Positions 1-13,703 of a stretch of 64,000 nucleotides of DNA are shown here, piece after piece. Source of the DNA: Octopus vulgaris (lineage: Eukaryota); contig OX597830.1 in NCBI GenBank assembly GCA_951406725.2, positions 434,001-498,000 on the forward strand. The letters run 5' to 3'. The notes under the pieces were generated by a model. It was given only the letters and a program-made list of their open reading frames with translations. It had not been told where the DNA came from and made no database searches. A program made the translations under genes and the position numbers. Position 1 is the first letter of the stretch. Each line of letters begins with the position of its first letter.

Positions 1-453
1 GAAATAGTGGAACGATCTTCTGTTTTTGTCTCAGTCAGTATGTCAAATGAGTAATCTTAGATTATTCTAGAAGCAGGCTTCCATTTAATATTTGATATTT
101 GACAGAATTGTTTTGCGGCCACAAAAAGAAGAATTAAACTCAAATCGAACCAATACTACAGACAGAATTTCAGTATCAATTTAAAAAGATTATTTTGATA
201 TATTTAACCTTTAACGAAGACTTGGAAATATATGAACATCTCAGGGATACGTTTGCACCAGCATTAAAATCTAGACTCGACTAAACACGTGCAATTACTA
301 ACTGGAGGAAATGAGTAGACAACCGTGTAAATTTCCCAATGAAGTCTTAGCAGAATATGTGTCACTTGTAGCTAGCAGTAAATCGGTTTCCGTTCACACG
401 GATCACGAACTGAGGCATATTTAACTTCACTTCTCTGATACATGTGTGCAACG

Positions 454-498
<45 letters not shown>

Positions 499-879
499 TA
501 CACATACACACTCACATGTCTTCTGTGCTTAGTCGAAGTAGTATAAAATGAAAATAGCCTCCTGTGTATCATAGGTAACGTATATGCACCGCTTACAGGC
601 AAAATATTACGGTTTACTTCCACGATAAACATTTGCATATGTCTCCTTTTCTCGCCTGGATGACTTTTCGTTCCCCTTCGATATATTTGGGTTTTTTAAC
701 ACATCACGTCTATATGTTATCTCAGTCGAAAACTGCATTATCTTGCATGTCAGTGGCAAACATACCGTTACGTTGATGCATGCATGGTTATTATATACAT
801 ATATGTATATTTATGTACACATATATAGTATTGGCGGTGTCGAAGTGGATGACGCAGCCTGACTCCAAGAAACTGATGA

Positions 880-1760
880 TTACAACTACATCAACGTGAC
901 TGAAGGGGGTAAATCTGGCTCTGAGGTGAGGGTGGGGTTGCGCTCCATCGAAATCCGAACTGATTCGACTACTGTGCTTCGATGGGGAGGATCAGTGATC
1001 ACCGATGTAAAGAGAGTTCGAACCAAAGTGACTGCAGATATGTTAGTAAAGCATCTCCTAGGGGTTTCGGGAGACCTAGCTGGCGAATTTGGCTTGAAGC
1101 TGTACGTGATCTTTGTGCCCTCAGAAAGGAATAAGGCAAACATTCTAACTAGGGTTTAAAATGCCTGGTTGGCGGTACCGGAAGATTCGGAGCGGGAAAT
1201 AGCTGCAGTGTGTCGGTTAGTTGACTCGGAACTAAGGAGGCTGCATGCCATGCATCATATGGACGTGGATAAAACCTGTATCTTACCAGGAGGGTTGACT
1301 CTGACGTCACTACGCAGAGTATTCATAAGGTGGTCGGGAGCTGTGATAGGTGTCAATTCATCGACCCTGCTTTGGGTGTGCATGGACCAGGAAACATCTC
1401 AGTAGAGCGCAGCTGGAGACGACTGGCGGTGGATGTGACGCACTACCACTTATTTCTCGATGGTCGACTGCAAACTGAGTCGGAGGGGCGTATGGAGGGA
1501 AATGAAGACGGGTTCTGCAGATGCGGTTGTACATATTCTGAATGAGATATACCTGGAGCTATGGACGAATTGCTGTTGGACAACGGCACCGCGTTTCGTT
1601 CGGAGATACTGAAAGAGATGCTTGATAAGTGGAACGTGCACTGCTTCTTCAGAGCGGCCGAGTGGAAATGGGATCGTGGAAAGACACCATTGCACAAAGA
1701 TGAGCGAGTAAGATGTCTGCCCGGGTGGACGGCAAATTTGAACATGGAATGAAGTGAGGA
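880..1760 (+). mobile_element. Degenerate Ty3/Gypsy LTR retrotransposon pol fragment (RNase H + integrase)
   Basis: Consecutive broken frames give RNase H-like GLRSIEIRTDS...VPSERNKANILTRV, the HHCC zinc module (LHAMHH...SCDRCQ) and integrase core WRRLAVDVTHY / ELLLDNGTAFRS. RH-then-IN order is Gypsy-type. Many frameshifts and stops; LTRs not resolved. Confidence 0.8.
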
Positions 1761-3079
1761 GATGGGTTTTTTGACAATGAGGTGAACCGGAAGGAAATAG
1801 CAATGACGTCAAAGACCGAGGGGCCCCATCAGAAGAGAACGAGGGAGAGACGAAGTGAGGGAAGTAAGACCAGCGTGGATCTCTTGTATCTCGGTGCAGG
1901 CATGTTGAACGGACGTGTGTGGAGGTGAGGGCGAGGCAGGGCTTAAGCAATAGATACTGGTGATAGGCGAGACGGGTTGGGCACGTTTTCGACTTAACAC
2001 AGATGGACAGCCGACACTGAGAGTTAGGGAAACCGTATTTTGTCCCTCACATTGCAATATACACTGCAAAAGACAGGGTTCTATATTTATTAACTCGAGA
2101 TTGAGAGAATTATTCAGGAGAATTATAAATACAATACAACATGCAATTTTAGTTAGAAACTTACGAATAAAATGTGAGGCACCTTCGTTATTGACCGTAG
2201 CCTACATACCTGTATATACATATATATATATGTGTGTGTATAGAAACCAACAAAAGAAAGTATGTAATTATAGTAAAATATAAATACAATGACAATTTTT
2301 TTCAAATTCGCCTTGCTTCAGGAACTTAGTCATGTAAAAGTGCAAAAATACATTTGTAATGTTTATTTATTTACAATTTCTCCCATTTTCTTATATTCTT
2401 AAGCATCTTAACGTTCAACTTTGGAAATTTATAATTAAATTTAGATCTAACTTCAAGGCAATTGCAATTAATAGGATTTGAGATTTCTTTGTCTTCGTTC
2501 TCATAATCCCAATGTTTAACAACGATTGTTAGAGGAAATGAAAGAAACTATTAATCGTCATGATTTTAATTTGTAAGATTTTAGCTGAGAAACCCAAAGG
2601 AATTATTATTGCTTAAAGCTCCGGACGGCCTCTATAATCAATATACGCAAAATGACGAAGTATATATCTGCTAATTTATTTGGTTTCTATAAATATTTCT
2701 TTCTCATATTATGACAAATAAAATTATTGTAGTGAAAGTGATGTCAATGTGTGTCTGTGTGCAGTTAATAACATTTATTGGTAGGGTTAGCGGAAATATG
2801 TCAGGCAATTCTATGCATATTAAATAGAAATACAATTGAGTCTCACATGTGGAAATAAACTGATTTGAAAAACTTCCATTAACTGAGATGTTGGCAAAGC
2901 TCCTACAGGAAGGTGCTTAACTTCTAAAAAGCCACAAACAAATCTCTCAAATTCTTTCCAGGAATTAAGGAAAATGCATTATGGGAGTCGGTCTTTTATA
3001 GGTGTCAGTCACTACATTGTGCCCATGCTCCAGTAACGACTTATACAGTTCCATATTTAAGATATGAGGAATTATGTAC

Positions 3080-3463
3080 GTTATTTTCGGCATATATAAC
3101 CTCCTGCTTTCATCAGGTGTCTTGGGGAAATTTCGAACTTGGGTTCTCATTCCTAACGTATTTTTCGATGTTGTTGCTATTATTATTATTATTATTATTA
3201 TTACTCAGGTCACTGCCTGAAATCGAACTCGTGGGCTTATGGCGTAGTAGTTAAGAGCGCGGGATACTAACCCCAAGATTCCAAGTTCGATTCCTGGCAG
3301 TGAACTGAATAATAATAAAAACATCGAAAGATACCTTAGAAATGAGAACCCAGATTCGAAATTTCCCCAAGATACCCGATGAAGACTGGAGGGCATATCA
3401 GCCGAAATGTTGTGTTAACAACAAACAAGAAGAAGACAAATATATGACGAATGTAAATAATGT
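3080..3463 (+). mobile_element. tRNA-headed short element with 3' hammerhead-like motif, preceded by an inverted partial copy (PLE-type non-autonomous element)
   Basis: A-box TGGCGTAGTAG at 3240-3250 and B-box GTTCGATTCC at 3285-3294. 3085-3230 is the diverged reverse complement of about 3283-3407. Degenerate hammerheads at 3371-3416 (+) and 3085-3120 (-). Confidence 0.7.
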
Positions 3464-6400
3464 TCAAGGGATTTGTCAATTATATCAACTTCACTTTCAG
3501 TTTTTATTCTTGTCTAGTATTGTTTCTATCGCATCCTATTTTTCGATCCGCTACGTTGCATGACATCATGAAATACCATAAACAGCAACGTCGTTTTTTC
3601 TTTTTTTTGTTTTTTGATTTTTTTTGGTGGGGTGGAAACCAGAGCAAATTTAAACATATTCCTGTCCCTACTATTACATCTCTCCTCAGAAACTAAAATC
3701 TCTAATTAAAACCCACCAAACTTGACAAACACAGTACTATTGCTCTTTCCTTTACCAATATAGGGGATGCACTTGAATGGAAGATATTTCACCATTTCTC
3801 ATGACAATTACTTTTAATTTTGTTAATCAACACATTTCTCTCAAATCTCATTAGCCATTTTAATGGATTCCTCTTTCAGAGTCAAAAAATATTTGTATAT
3901 GAGAGTGAATTATAAACTAGAAGCGTATCTGTGTAGGGCAGATAATGTGACAGCAATTTATTTTGTTTATCTTCGAAGCAATATGATTGCACCGGTAGTT
4001 GGATTCTACTGTGTTAACCAACAGCATGTTCTGAAGATCGAAGACTAGTTAAGTCGACTGCGGTACTTGTGTGGCTATGAATTTTCGACCTGAGAGAGAG
4101 ATGAACTGAGAGGGACGAATTTCAAAACTGAACTCGGCAGCATTTGAACGAAGCACATAAAAAGCCGCCATAGTTTCTACAAAGCCTTCTACTCAACGCA
4201 TGATCAATTCTGCTGATGCACCTTCGTCTCATATTTTCTTTAAAAATGGTAACTTATTTAACAATCGATTTGACAGAGGGATGCAATATTACGTAGCCAT
4301 TTCTCAAGTACACACTTTAATGGACTGGAACTGTAGACTCTCATTGAACTAATTCTGTTTGTTAAAGATATTACTGCCAATGCATTAATCACTGCAAGAC
4401 ACATTACGCTCTCCTACCACTAATAACTACCACTACCATCATCATCATCATCATCATCATCATCACCACCACCACCACCACTTCCAGGGTCAACTTTGCC
4501 GTTTATCATTTTGGCGTAGATGAAATATCTGGACTCAATTTAATGAGGTAAATCCGCACGTTACTTGTGTTTGAAACCGTTATTCGTGAGTATTAAGAAC
4601 GGTGTCATAGCAGAATCATTAAATACCAGACAATAAAAAAAAATAGTTGTACAATTTTTTTCGAAGTTCGATTCCCACCGCCATCAGGAATATTTTTCAT
4701 AATTCTGGAGTCAATAAAATACAAACAGGTAAATTATTAGGTTTGTTGATCGATAACACCGACTTTATTCACCTGAACTGAATGAAATCGATATAAATTA
4801 TGTTTCATGAGCCACATCGATGCAATAGAACAGAAACCAAGAGAGGAAACGGGGTCATGGATCCGATGTCACACCACCAACAGGGACCATTGCCTTTCTT
4901 CAATCTAAACCTACGTCTTCCCTTCAACACGAACATACGTCGCCACTAACATGGTACACAACTTTTGACCCTGTATTGCACGTACCTGCTCATCGTCGTA
5001 ATGACTCACCGTTATACGTGACAGAAACACTACAAAATTGACAAATGTTTAGTCAATTTGCACTTTTCTATTCGGTTTCCTCGTTGGACGTTGCCCATGT
5101 TCCAAACATCAACACTAATATCCTGGTATCGGTTCTCTTACTACATAAAAGATGACTTGGAAAATATGAAATGATAATACACTGATTTTAAAAGTCATCA
5201 TCGCCGCCGCCACCGCCACCGCCACCACCACCACCACCACCTCCTTCATCGTATATGTCTTCAATTACGTTATTCACTAAACGGCTAAGTCAGCTTGACA
5301 AAAGCTGCAACAAATTTGGTTCCTTTTGCTAATTTTTAATAGGGTCTCCGGATTTAAAGATTTCGGATAAGTTGGACATCTGTGATGTTCATTCTATTTC
5401 AGAATGGAGCTGGCTTTTGTATCTTTAATGAGATATACAAATATATCGTGACGAAATACCTTACTAACACGGATAGTGTTTTTCTTTTCTGTTTGACAGT
5501 GCTAAATACTACCCAGCTTGAGCATTTCTTGGGCAGTTACAGGATTAGTTTTATTTATTCCCAGAAAAAGAGAAAAACTGGCGTTGTGATGTTCATGCTG
5601 TTTCGAGAAACTTTAAGTGTGTAACTGAAAGGTTGAGAGATTGGATACAGATCTAAGGTACTTGTTTCATATTCAGTGGTACTGGTCACAATGAACCTAA
5701 CACCAACAGCCAAGAAAAATGGAAATAGAGCCATGAAACTAGAAGGAAAAAACAAAAGAAGCGAGAGACAACAAGAATGAGAAGAGAAAGCCAAAGGAGA
5801 AAACTAGCGATTCACAATTATTAATCTTTATTTCTACTTCCAGGTTTATAAATTTCGCCATGCTAACCCTTTACTTCTCTGTATGAAATGCTTAACCGAC
5901 TTAGAGGCAGAAGAAGAATACTTTCAAAATTGTTTTCACGAAACAAAATAGTAGAATTGATTTAATTTAATTCTGAAGTTTTGTAGATTTGTTTTGTCAT
6001 GGAAATTTTCGGCAATCATTGATCGTTCGATTCGAAAATCCTTGTCCTATTCTTTCACGATTTACTCATCCAAAATATCTGACTGAATAGGAAGGGGATT
6101 TAATGGGACAGTAAATATGGTGAGCACATTTTCACTCATTCTCTCTCCTTCTCTCATTCCTTACATCACACGCTCCCTCCCTTCTTCCTTGCACATGTTA
6201 TCTCCCCCCCTCTTCTCACGATTCTTCCCCCCTAATCAACTGCCATTACATTCTTTTAACTTACATCACGATACATGGAATAATTTCCATTATTCAACCT
6301 CTTTTGTTCTGCTTTTCTTATTTTTTGTATTATTTTTATTGTTCTTTAATTTTGTTTCTTTTGTTTATGTTGTTGTTTTGCTCATTAAGTTCTTGGGCTG

Positions 6401-7154
6401 CTGCTGCTGCTGTTAATTTGGTTGCTAAATTTTCGTCGTGGTTTTTTTATTGCTTTTATTGTTGTATTAACGTATTTTCTTAGTTTCTCAGTTTTTTTGT
6501 GTTGTTGTAGTTGCTCTTTCAATTGTTTTTACATATTTTTGTTGTTGCTGAACTACTCTTGTTGTTGTTGTTGTTGTTGCCGGTGTCACCGTTGTTTTTG
6601 TTGTTGTTGTTGCTGCGTTTATAAATGATTTCTTTGAAGACTCCTGACCATGGGCTAAACAACAAAACTCAAAACACAAATAATGGAATAAGACTGAAAG
6701 AAACCGTCTTGATTGGTTCCTGTTGTCTTCGGTCATTTTCAGTTTATTCAAAAATTGTCTCTTTCCTTCAATCCCCAACATATAAAGTAACACCGCTACA
6801 TGAAATATCAACCCCCAAATCTACTAACTACATCATTGCAATCACTACTAATACCACCACCCGTACTACTACTACTACTACTACTAAACTCTAACGGTAC
6901 CAAGACCAGTATCATTAACAAACATATCTCCCCTTCGATTCCCAGGGAATTGAAAACTTCATTCTATTCTACCTCACACTGCTTCTCTCTGTCTCTCACT
7001 CTTCCCCTCTTTTTCTCTCTCTTCATCAAATGATACGCTTACCAATAAATATACTATAAACTGTTATTGAAAACTGTTTCGAATATTACTAGAACTGCAA
7101 CGTATATAGCATGTCAAAATGCGATTTCTAAAGCGTATGTACATATACAACCAT

Positions 7155-7214
<60 letters not shown>

Positions 7215-7232
7215 CAAATATATGCATAAATA

Positions 7233-7292
<60 letters not shown>

Positions 7293-7377
7293 AAATAAGA
7301 TATATACTTATATATATAATGTGTGTATGCATGTATAAATAAGATATAAACTTATATATATATAAATAAAATATATA

Positions 7378-7410
<33 letters not shown>

Positions 7411-7413
<3 letters not shown>

Positions 7414-7603
7414 ATTATATAGAAGGAGTTTACAGGACTAGTACTGTTTCATTCAAGAGAAATCTTCAGGAAGCTCCTGAAGATTTCTCTTGAATGAAAC
7501 AGTACTAGTCCTGTAGAACTCCTTCTATATAATAAATTAATTTTACTCTGCTATGTATTGAGTACCTTACTTACTGTGGTTAACCCCGAATCAACCCGGG
7601 ACC

Positions 7604-7606
<3 letters not shown>
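7411..7606 (+). mobile_element. Palindromic PLE-type pLTR remnant inserted in (TA)n
   Basis: Arms 7411-7471 and 7475-7536 are reverse complements with one indel around a 3-nt loop. A unique tail follows to about 7606; (TA)n on both sides. Confidence 0.75.
7472..7520 (+). ncRNA. Type I hammerhead ribozyme motif (near-intact)
   Basis: AGCTC-CTGAAGA-(T TTC tctt GAA T)-GAA-ACAG tactagtc CTGT-A-GAACT. Core intact, 4-bp stem III, GUA cleavage triplet ending 7515. One mismatch in stem I and U.U at the base of stem II. Confidence 0.6.
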
Positions 7607-7640
<34 letters not shown>

Positions 7641-7739
7641 TTATATATATATAAATAAAATATATACCTATATATATATGTGTATATATATATACATATA
7701 TATATACATAAATATATGTATAAATAAGATATATACTTA

Positions 7740-7837
7740 AAGAATTTTTTTTTTAAGTTCCAGCCAAGAGCTGCGGCCATGCTGATGCACCGCCGTTTTG
7801 CGCTACACTGTTATTACTATAATATGTATATATATAT

Positions 7838-7886
<49 letters not shown>

Positions 7887-7951
7887 TATATATAAGTATA
7901 TATCTTATCTATATATGCATACATATATATATATAAGTATACATCTTATTT

Positions 7952-8005
<54 letters not shown>

Positions 8006-10230
8006 TACTTATGCATATATTTGTGTATATATATTAGTCTAATATGTGGCACTTGATGAAGAATGGAGTTTGATATAGCTACCCTTATTTGCACCTCTTG
8101 CCGTGAGCTAGGCTCATCTGGGACTCTCAGCAGGAAGAGGTCCAGCTTTGATTTAAAAAACCCTACATCTTCTTTGTGCAAGTTCCTCAGACTCTTTGGG
8201 AGAATATTAAAAAGTTGTGGGCCCTTGCAGTAACTGGTGCTGAAGCGTGATGGCATTGCTGGGATCTTTGGTGCTATGCAGTGTCGTCCCGTTCTAGCAT
8301 TGGTGTGGCTTTCAATGCCAAAATTTGGCACAATTCCTTCCAGTATATTCAAGATATATATTACTGCATACCTCTCCTGTCTTCTCTCCAGGGAGTAGAG
8401 TCTTAGCTGTTTCAACCTTTCCCAGTAGCTGAGCTGTTGCAAAGAGACGATCTTCTTTGTGAATCTTCTCTGGATTGCTTCAACGTCCGCTGTTAATCTC
8501 ACACTGGTAGGTGACCATAGCTGTGAGCAGTAATCCAGGTGGCTGAGGACGAATGTCCGCCAGAGGACCATCATGGTTTCCTTATCTCTGGTTCTGAATG
8601 TTCTTAGGATCCATCCAGCCAGTCGTCTGCACTTTGTCGCCATCCTGGTAATGTGCACTTGGAAAGAGGTATCATCACTCATGTCGATACCCAGGTCCCT
8701 CACTGACTTAGGCTCTGGGATTGAAATTCCCTGTGGACCGGTGTACCCTGTAGGTTTAATATTCAGTTTTGGATGCTGGTAGCGCAGGGCCTGGAATTTC
8801 TCAGCATTAAACTGCATATTATTATCCTCAGCCCATCTGTAGATTGAGTCCAACTCCTGCTGCAGATGTGCAACATCGCTGGGGTTCTGTATTTTCTGTG
8901 AGACTTTTGTATCATCTGTATAGCTTGCAAGAGTGGCTATCCGGGCATTTGAGGGCATATCTGAGAGGGCCACTATAAAAAGCAATGGTCCCAAGACAGT
9001 GCCCTGTGGAACACCGCTCACTATTTGTGTGTTCATAGAGGTGGCTCCATTAGCCACTACTACCTGACTCCTATCTTTCAGGAAGTCATGTAACCACACT
9101 CCGAGTTTTCCAGCTATGCCAAGGTCACGCAGTTTGTGGCATATCATACCATGATCCTCCTTGTCAAAAGCTTTTGCAAAATCAAGGTATATTACATCGA
9201 CATTTGATTTGTTGAGCAACTGCCTCAACATCCAGTCATAATGTTGTAAGAGCTGGGTCAGGCAGCTCCTACTTGGTCGGAAACCATGTTGGGTATCACT
9301 TAGCAAGTTATTTTTTTCAAGGAATGCGATTAGTTTCCCTTTCATTATCCGTTCCATGACTTTGCTGATGTGTAAAGTCAGAGAGATAGGCCTATAGTTT
9401 TGGGCATCTGCTCTACTTCCCCATTTATGTATTGGGCATATTATTCCCTCCTTCAGCTTGCTTGGCAGTTTGCCATTTGTAAGAAAGCTCTGGAAGAGAA
9501 TCTTGAGGGGTTTTGCCAGGGCATGTTTACACGATTTGAGGAAGATTGCTGGGAAACCATCAGGACCAGCAGCTGAGTTTCTGTCCACTTCATCTCTGGC
9601 TAGTAGTACATCTTCTTCACTAATGTCAATGTATTCTATTGTAATTGCCTCGCTGGTTATAGGTGAGGCGGCAAAGAAGTCCACTGGTTCGTTCACTTGT
9701 CTGTGTTCCAAGGGGGTGGTAAATACACTTTTGAACTGGTCATTCAATATCTCACTGATCTTAGCTGGACTGTCTGTGAGGGAGCCATCCTTTTGGAGGA
9801 GGGGTCCTATCTTGTAGTGCACTGAGGCTGTTTCTTCCGCGTAATGAAAGAAGGCCTTTGGGTTTGACTAAATATTTTTTATAACCCAGGCTTCTTTGTC
9901 TGCCTTCTCCCTCACATAGGATTGTTGCAATCTTTTTTCGATCTCTATCAGTGTTGCTTTTAGGCGGGACGTTTCGCTGCTTTTGGGATGTTGGTTGAGT
10001 CGATTTGCAACCTTCGTCCGTCATCTCATGAGGATCTTCCTATCTCTTGGAATCTTGCTCCTACTTGTTTTGGCCTGGTGCTCCAGGACATATTTCTGGC
10101 ATACGGCTTGCACGGAAGACATGAAACATTCTAGTTTCATGTCAATGTCTGGTATGGAGAGACATTTCGGCCAGTCCTCTCTGAGGATCTCTTTTGGGAT
10201 CAATTTCCAATCTGCTTTGTGAAAGTTCAT
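7740..10230 (-). mobile_element. 5'-truncated CR1-group/Proto2-like LINE with frameshifts
   Basis: ORF2 fragments from NFHKADW (10230) through the RT. 3' tail GGCGGTGCATCAGCATGGCCGCAGCTCTTGGCTGGAAC on the minus strand at about 7755-7796, separated from the ORF by AT repeats. Confidence 0.9.
8005..9822 (-). pseudogene. LINE ORF2 reverse transcriptase domain (605-aa open segment)
   Basis: NYRPISLT, QHGFR, YLDFAKAFD, GVPQGTVLGPLLF, YTDD (YADD variant), LYSLERR. Upstream part frameshifted; C-terminus runs into microsatellite. Confidence 0.9.
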
Positions 10231-10258
10231 ATAAATGTATGTATAAATAATATATATA

Positions 10259-10493
10259 TTTCTTTACTACCCACAAGGGGCTAAACACAGACGGGACAAA
10301 CAAGGACAGACAAACGGATTAAGTCGATTATATCGACCCCAGTGTGTAACTGGTACTTAATTTATCGACCCCGAAAGGATGAAAGGCAAAGTCGACCTCG
10401 GCGGAATTTGAACTCGGAACGTGACGACAGACGAAATACAGCTACGCATTTCGCCCAGCGTGCTAACGTTTCTGCCAGCTCGCCGCCTTTTTA
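10259..10493 (-). mobile_element. tRNA-derived SINE
   Basis: Minus strand begins GGCGGCGAGCTGGCAGAAACGTTAGCAC (A-box) with B-box GAGTTCAAATTCC and central CCTTTCATCCTTTCGGGGTCGATAAATTAAGTACCAG. Possible 17-bp TSD TATAAATAATATATATA at 10242-10258 and 10494-10510 (low complexity). Confidence 0.85.
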
Positions 10494-10661
10494 TATAAAT
10501 AATATATATACTTATATACATATATATATATATATATATAAATGTATGTATACATAAGATATATATATATATATATATAATGTACACATATTAGCATATA
10601 TATATATACATACCTATATATATATATAATGTACATATATTAGTATATATATATATACATA

Positions 10662-10723
<62 letters not shown>

Positions 10724-10731
10724 AATATATA

Positions 10732-10770
<39 letters not shown>

Positions 10771-10784
10771 ATCTCTCTCCCTCC

Positions 10785-10815
<31 letters not shown>

Positions 10816-11665
10816 TATATATATGTATGTATAAAAAATATATAAAATGGGACAAGAACGCAAAACATTCAAATAGACGATACGAAAACGGACGGGTCAT
10901 TTGAAAGCTCTAATCTTCAGTCAAGAACCGGATCATCCTCGCAATTTCGGCTGATTAATCTTCAGTTTGCTCCGATCTGGCCAGCTCCAAGTAAAAACTA
11001 AGCTACGAGCATTAGATTTCTTGGTAAATGGATCGAATGTATACGAGACAAGGACAGAAAAACGGACGATGTTACACGAAAATAAATACAAAAAACAAAA
11101 TGTAATACGAATATAAATACAAAAAACAAAAAACGATAATAATAATAATAATAATTCATTCTTGGCCATAAGGGCTGACAAAAATCAACAGGACAAAGAT
11201 GACAGGTGTCTTTCGACTTTAGACAATCCAAATTATCTGGCGTGTGAGAAAAATAATGCCTTACGGCAGACATATATATATACCAGTTTACTTTAATCAA
11301 CCCTATTGTCAACCTCATTCGATTCACAATATATTCTTAACAATCCTAAACCCATATAGATACACATGCACACAGGACACACTCGACCACACTAATAATA
11401 TATTCCCACACTATACATTGCCGCACTAATAATATATACACATGCATATACACGTTCAATTTAGAGGAGGAAGCGTATAAGATAATTGATCAAGACTTTT
11501 CTAATTTGTTTTATTTCGACTTTTCTGTGGACAATTCAATTTGTGACAACAACAATTGGATGAAATCATAGTGTCTTTGTATGAAGCTCATACATGTAGG
11601 TATCAGGCCTCCCCATACACTCTCTCAGAAACTCGTTCACAGAGATAGATAGATAGATAGATAGA

Positions 11666-11723
<58 letters not shown>

Positions 11724-13252
11724 AGTGAAAAATAAATAGTTTTGTGATACAAAAACATGCGAAACGCTATCTCCTCATAGAAAATGCGCGATGAGTTAAT
11801 TCATAGAGAAAAATAGATATTATGGTTTTAGATTCACTCCATCAACACTTCAGTCGACCACCATTGAGAAGGCAGTAAAATGTCTGAAAAGGGTGTGGAA
11901 CATCGCCTGTAGTCTATAATTTCATTTCTTTGAAATTCTTGTGGAATGTCGAAATATATAAGATTCGGCTTTAATTTACAACACTCTATTCCAATCTTGA
12001 TTAAAGCGGCAGAAATGATCCCGACCTATCAAGCATATTCAAGTCCTTTTTAAAGGCTTTGAAACATGACCATCAGTCATGGGAGGGAATTGGCGACCTA
12101 CATCACATTGATCTTTTAAAGGGATTCTATAAACATCATTGTCACAAGTCGTTCAAAGTATTTCTGAATGAAACTAGAGATCCAGTGGTTAAAGATCATA
12201 AACAGACAACCCGCACTTATACATACATCCCCTTTGTGTAAGTTTATGAGGAATTTCAATAAATTAAAGAGAAAAGTTAGGGAAACAGTTTACTCTTACA
12301 GGCATTCCATGAGGCGGTGGGTTTTTCCAGTAGTTATCAATACCACATGGATCATTGCTATCAATAAGATTATCAATCGAAAGGATTTTATCCAAGAAAA
12401 TAATCTTACATTTTTGAAACGTTTACACACTCGTCTCACGAGATGGGAGCAACAGTATAAGAACGCCGAAGTCCGTGAGTAATGTACATAGTCAACAGGA
12501 CATAGATAAATACGTATGATATATGTGTGTAGATATTATATACAATATGTGTACATACAGTATACATACATACATGTAGAGTTCTTTATCGTTTAGCGTA
12601 ATATTTCATTTAATTATGGCAGCAATTGTTTTCTTTTTAAGGCATCCATGTATGACGAGATTCTTTCAGTTTTGGTCGATCAGGCTTTGGCCGGTCCGAG
12701 GCTATACTACAAAATACGCAGCGAACCTGGGTCACACGATCACACCAGCGTCATGTATTATTAATTTAATTATTGTGATCAAACTAATTATTTGAAGTTC
12801 AATTTTGATTAGGTTGATGAAGGTAATTGTGATGTTTATGCTAAGAAATCCCCTAATGACCGTTGATAATAAAAAAAACTGTGGAAATACAAGGTTTATT
12901 CCTCACCCCCAGACAAGAATTTTATGTAGAAGTGCGATGTTAAAGAGAGCGAGGTCAATTGGAGTGAAATACTTATGGCTTATTGCTGCTATGCGATGCG
13001 AGAATGATTTATGTTGTGGTTGGGTAGCATGGGACCCAAGTTTTGGGTGTATCTTGAAGGTATAGTAACATCACTTGTGCAATGCTGATGGAATATCTTG
13101 CAACATCATGCAAGTGATATAGCCCTCACTCATTTGTTTTCGTATTTCATGTTGTTTACACAGTCGGTGACGTCCTGTACTCATATATGCATATATATAT
13201 ATATATATATACACACGAGTATATGTATTATTTATATTATTATATATACATA

Positions 13253-13703
13253 TGGTTCTGATCCTAAATACGGATGCATAAGAGGCAATGGATGCACCTT
13301 ATTCCATCCTAAACTGTGCCAAACTTCTGTCTCACAAAGGATGTGCCTGAACCCAGAATGCAACCACCACCATCTGAAGGGCACAAAACGATCACAGAAT
13401 AGATATAAACAGGAACAGAGGAAATCTAGGACAACAACAAGAACAAAATACAACCACGTCTCCCCTCCTACAATCAAACAACGTAGACAGAACCATGAAA
13501 AAACACCAAATAACGCCAACTTGAAATATGTATCCTCTGACCAAGTGGCAAACCAAACAAGCAACTCTTTTTTACTGACATACCTGGAAAATATGAAGGC
13601 CGACCTAAGCCAGGAGATCCAGCGAGCCATCACCAACCATCTATGCAAATCACAAGGACCACTCACCCATTACCAACTTCCGTTACCTCGACATTCCTGT
13701 TAG
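13253..13703 (+). CDS. LINE ORF1 C-terminal part with tandem CCCH-type zinc fingers (5' end missing)
   Basis: CIRGNGCTLFHPKLCQTSVSQRMCLNPECNHHHLKGT. The N-terminal part of the predicted 13098 ORF is microsatellite read-through. Confidence 0.7.

Noticed and set aside
3233-3302. Functional tRNA gene
   Set aside because: Acceptor stem does not pair well and the sequence is embedded in a repeat with an inverted duplicate; treated as a SINE head.
10890-10970. Two minus-strand CTGAAGA boxes near GAAA
   Set aside because: Stems I-III cannot be paired convincingly.
11830-12480. Possible old RTE-type RT relic
   Set aside because: Only vague motif resemblance; too decayed to support without a profile search.
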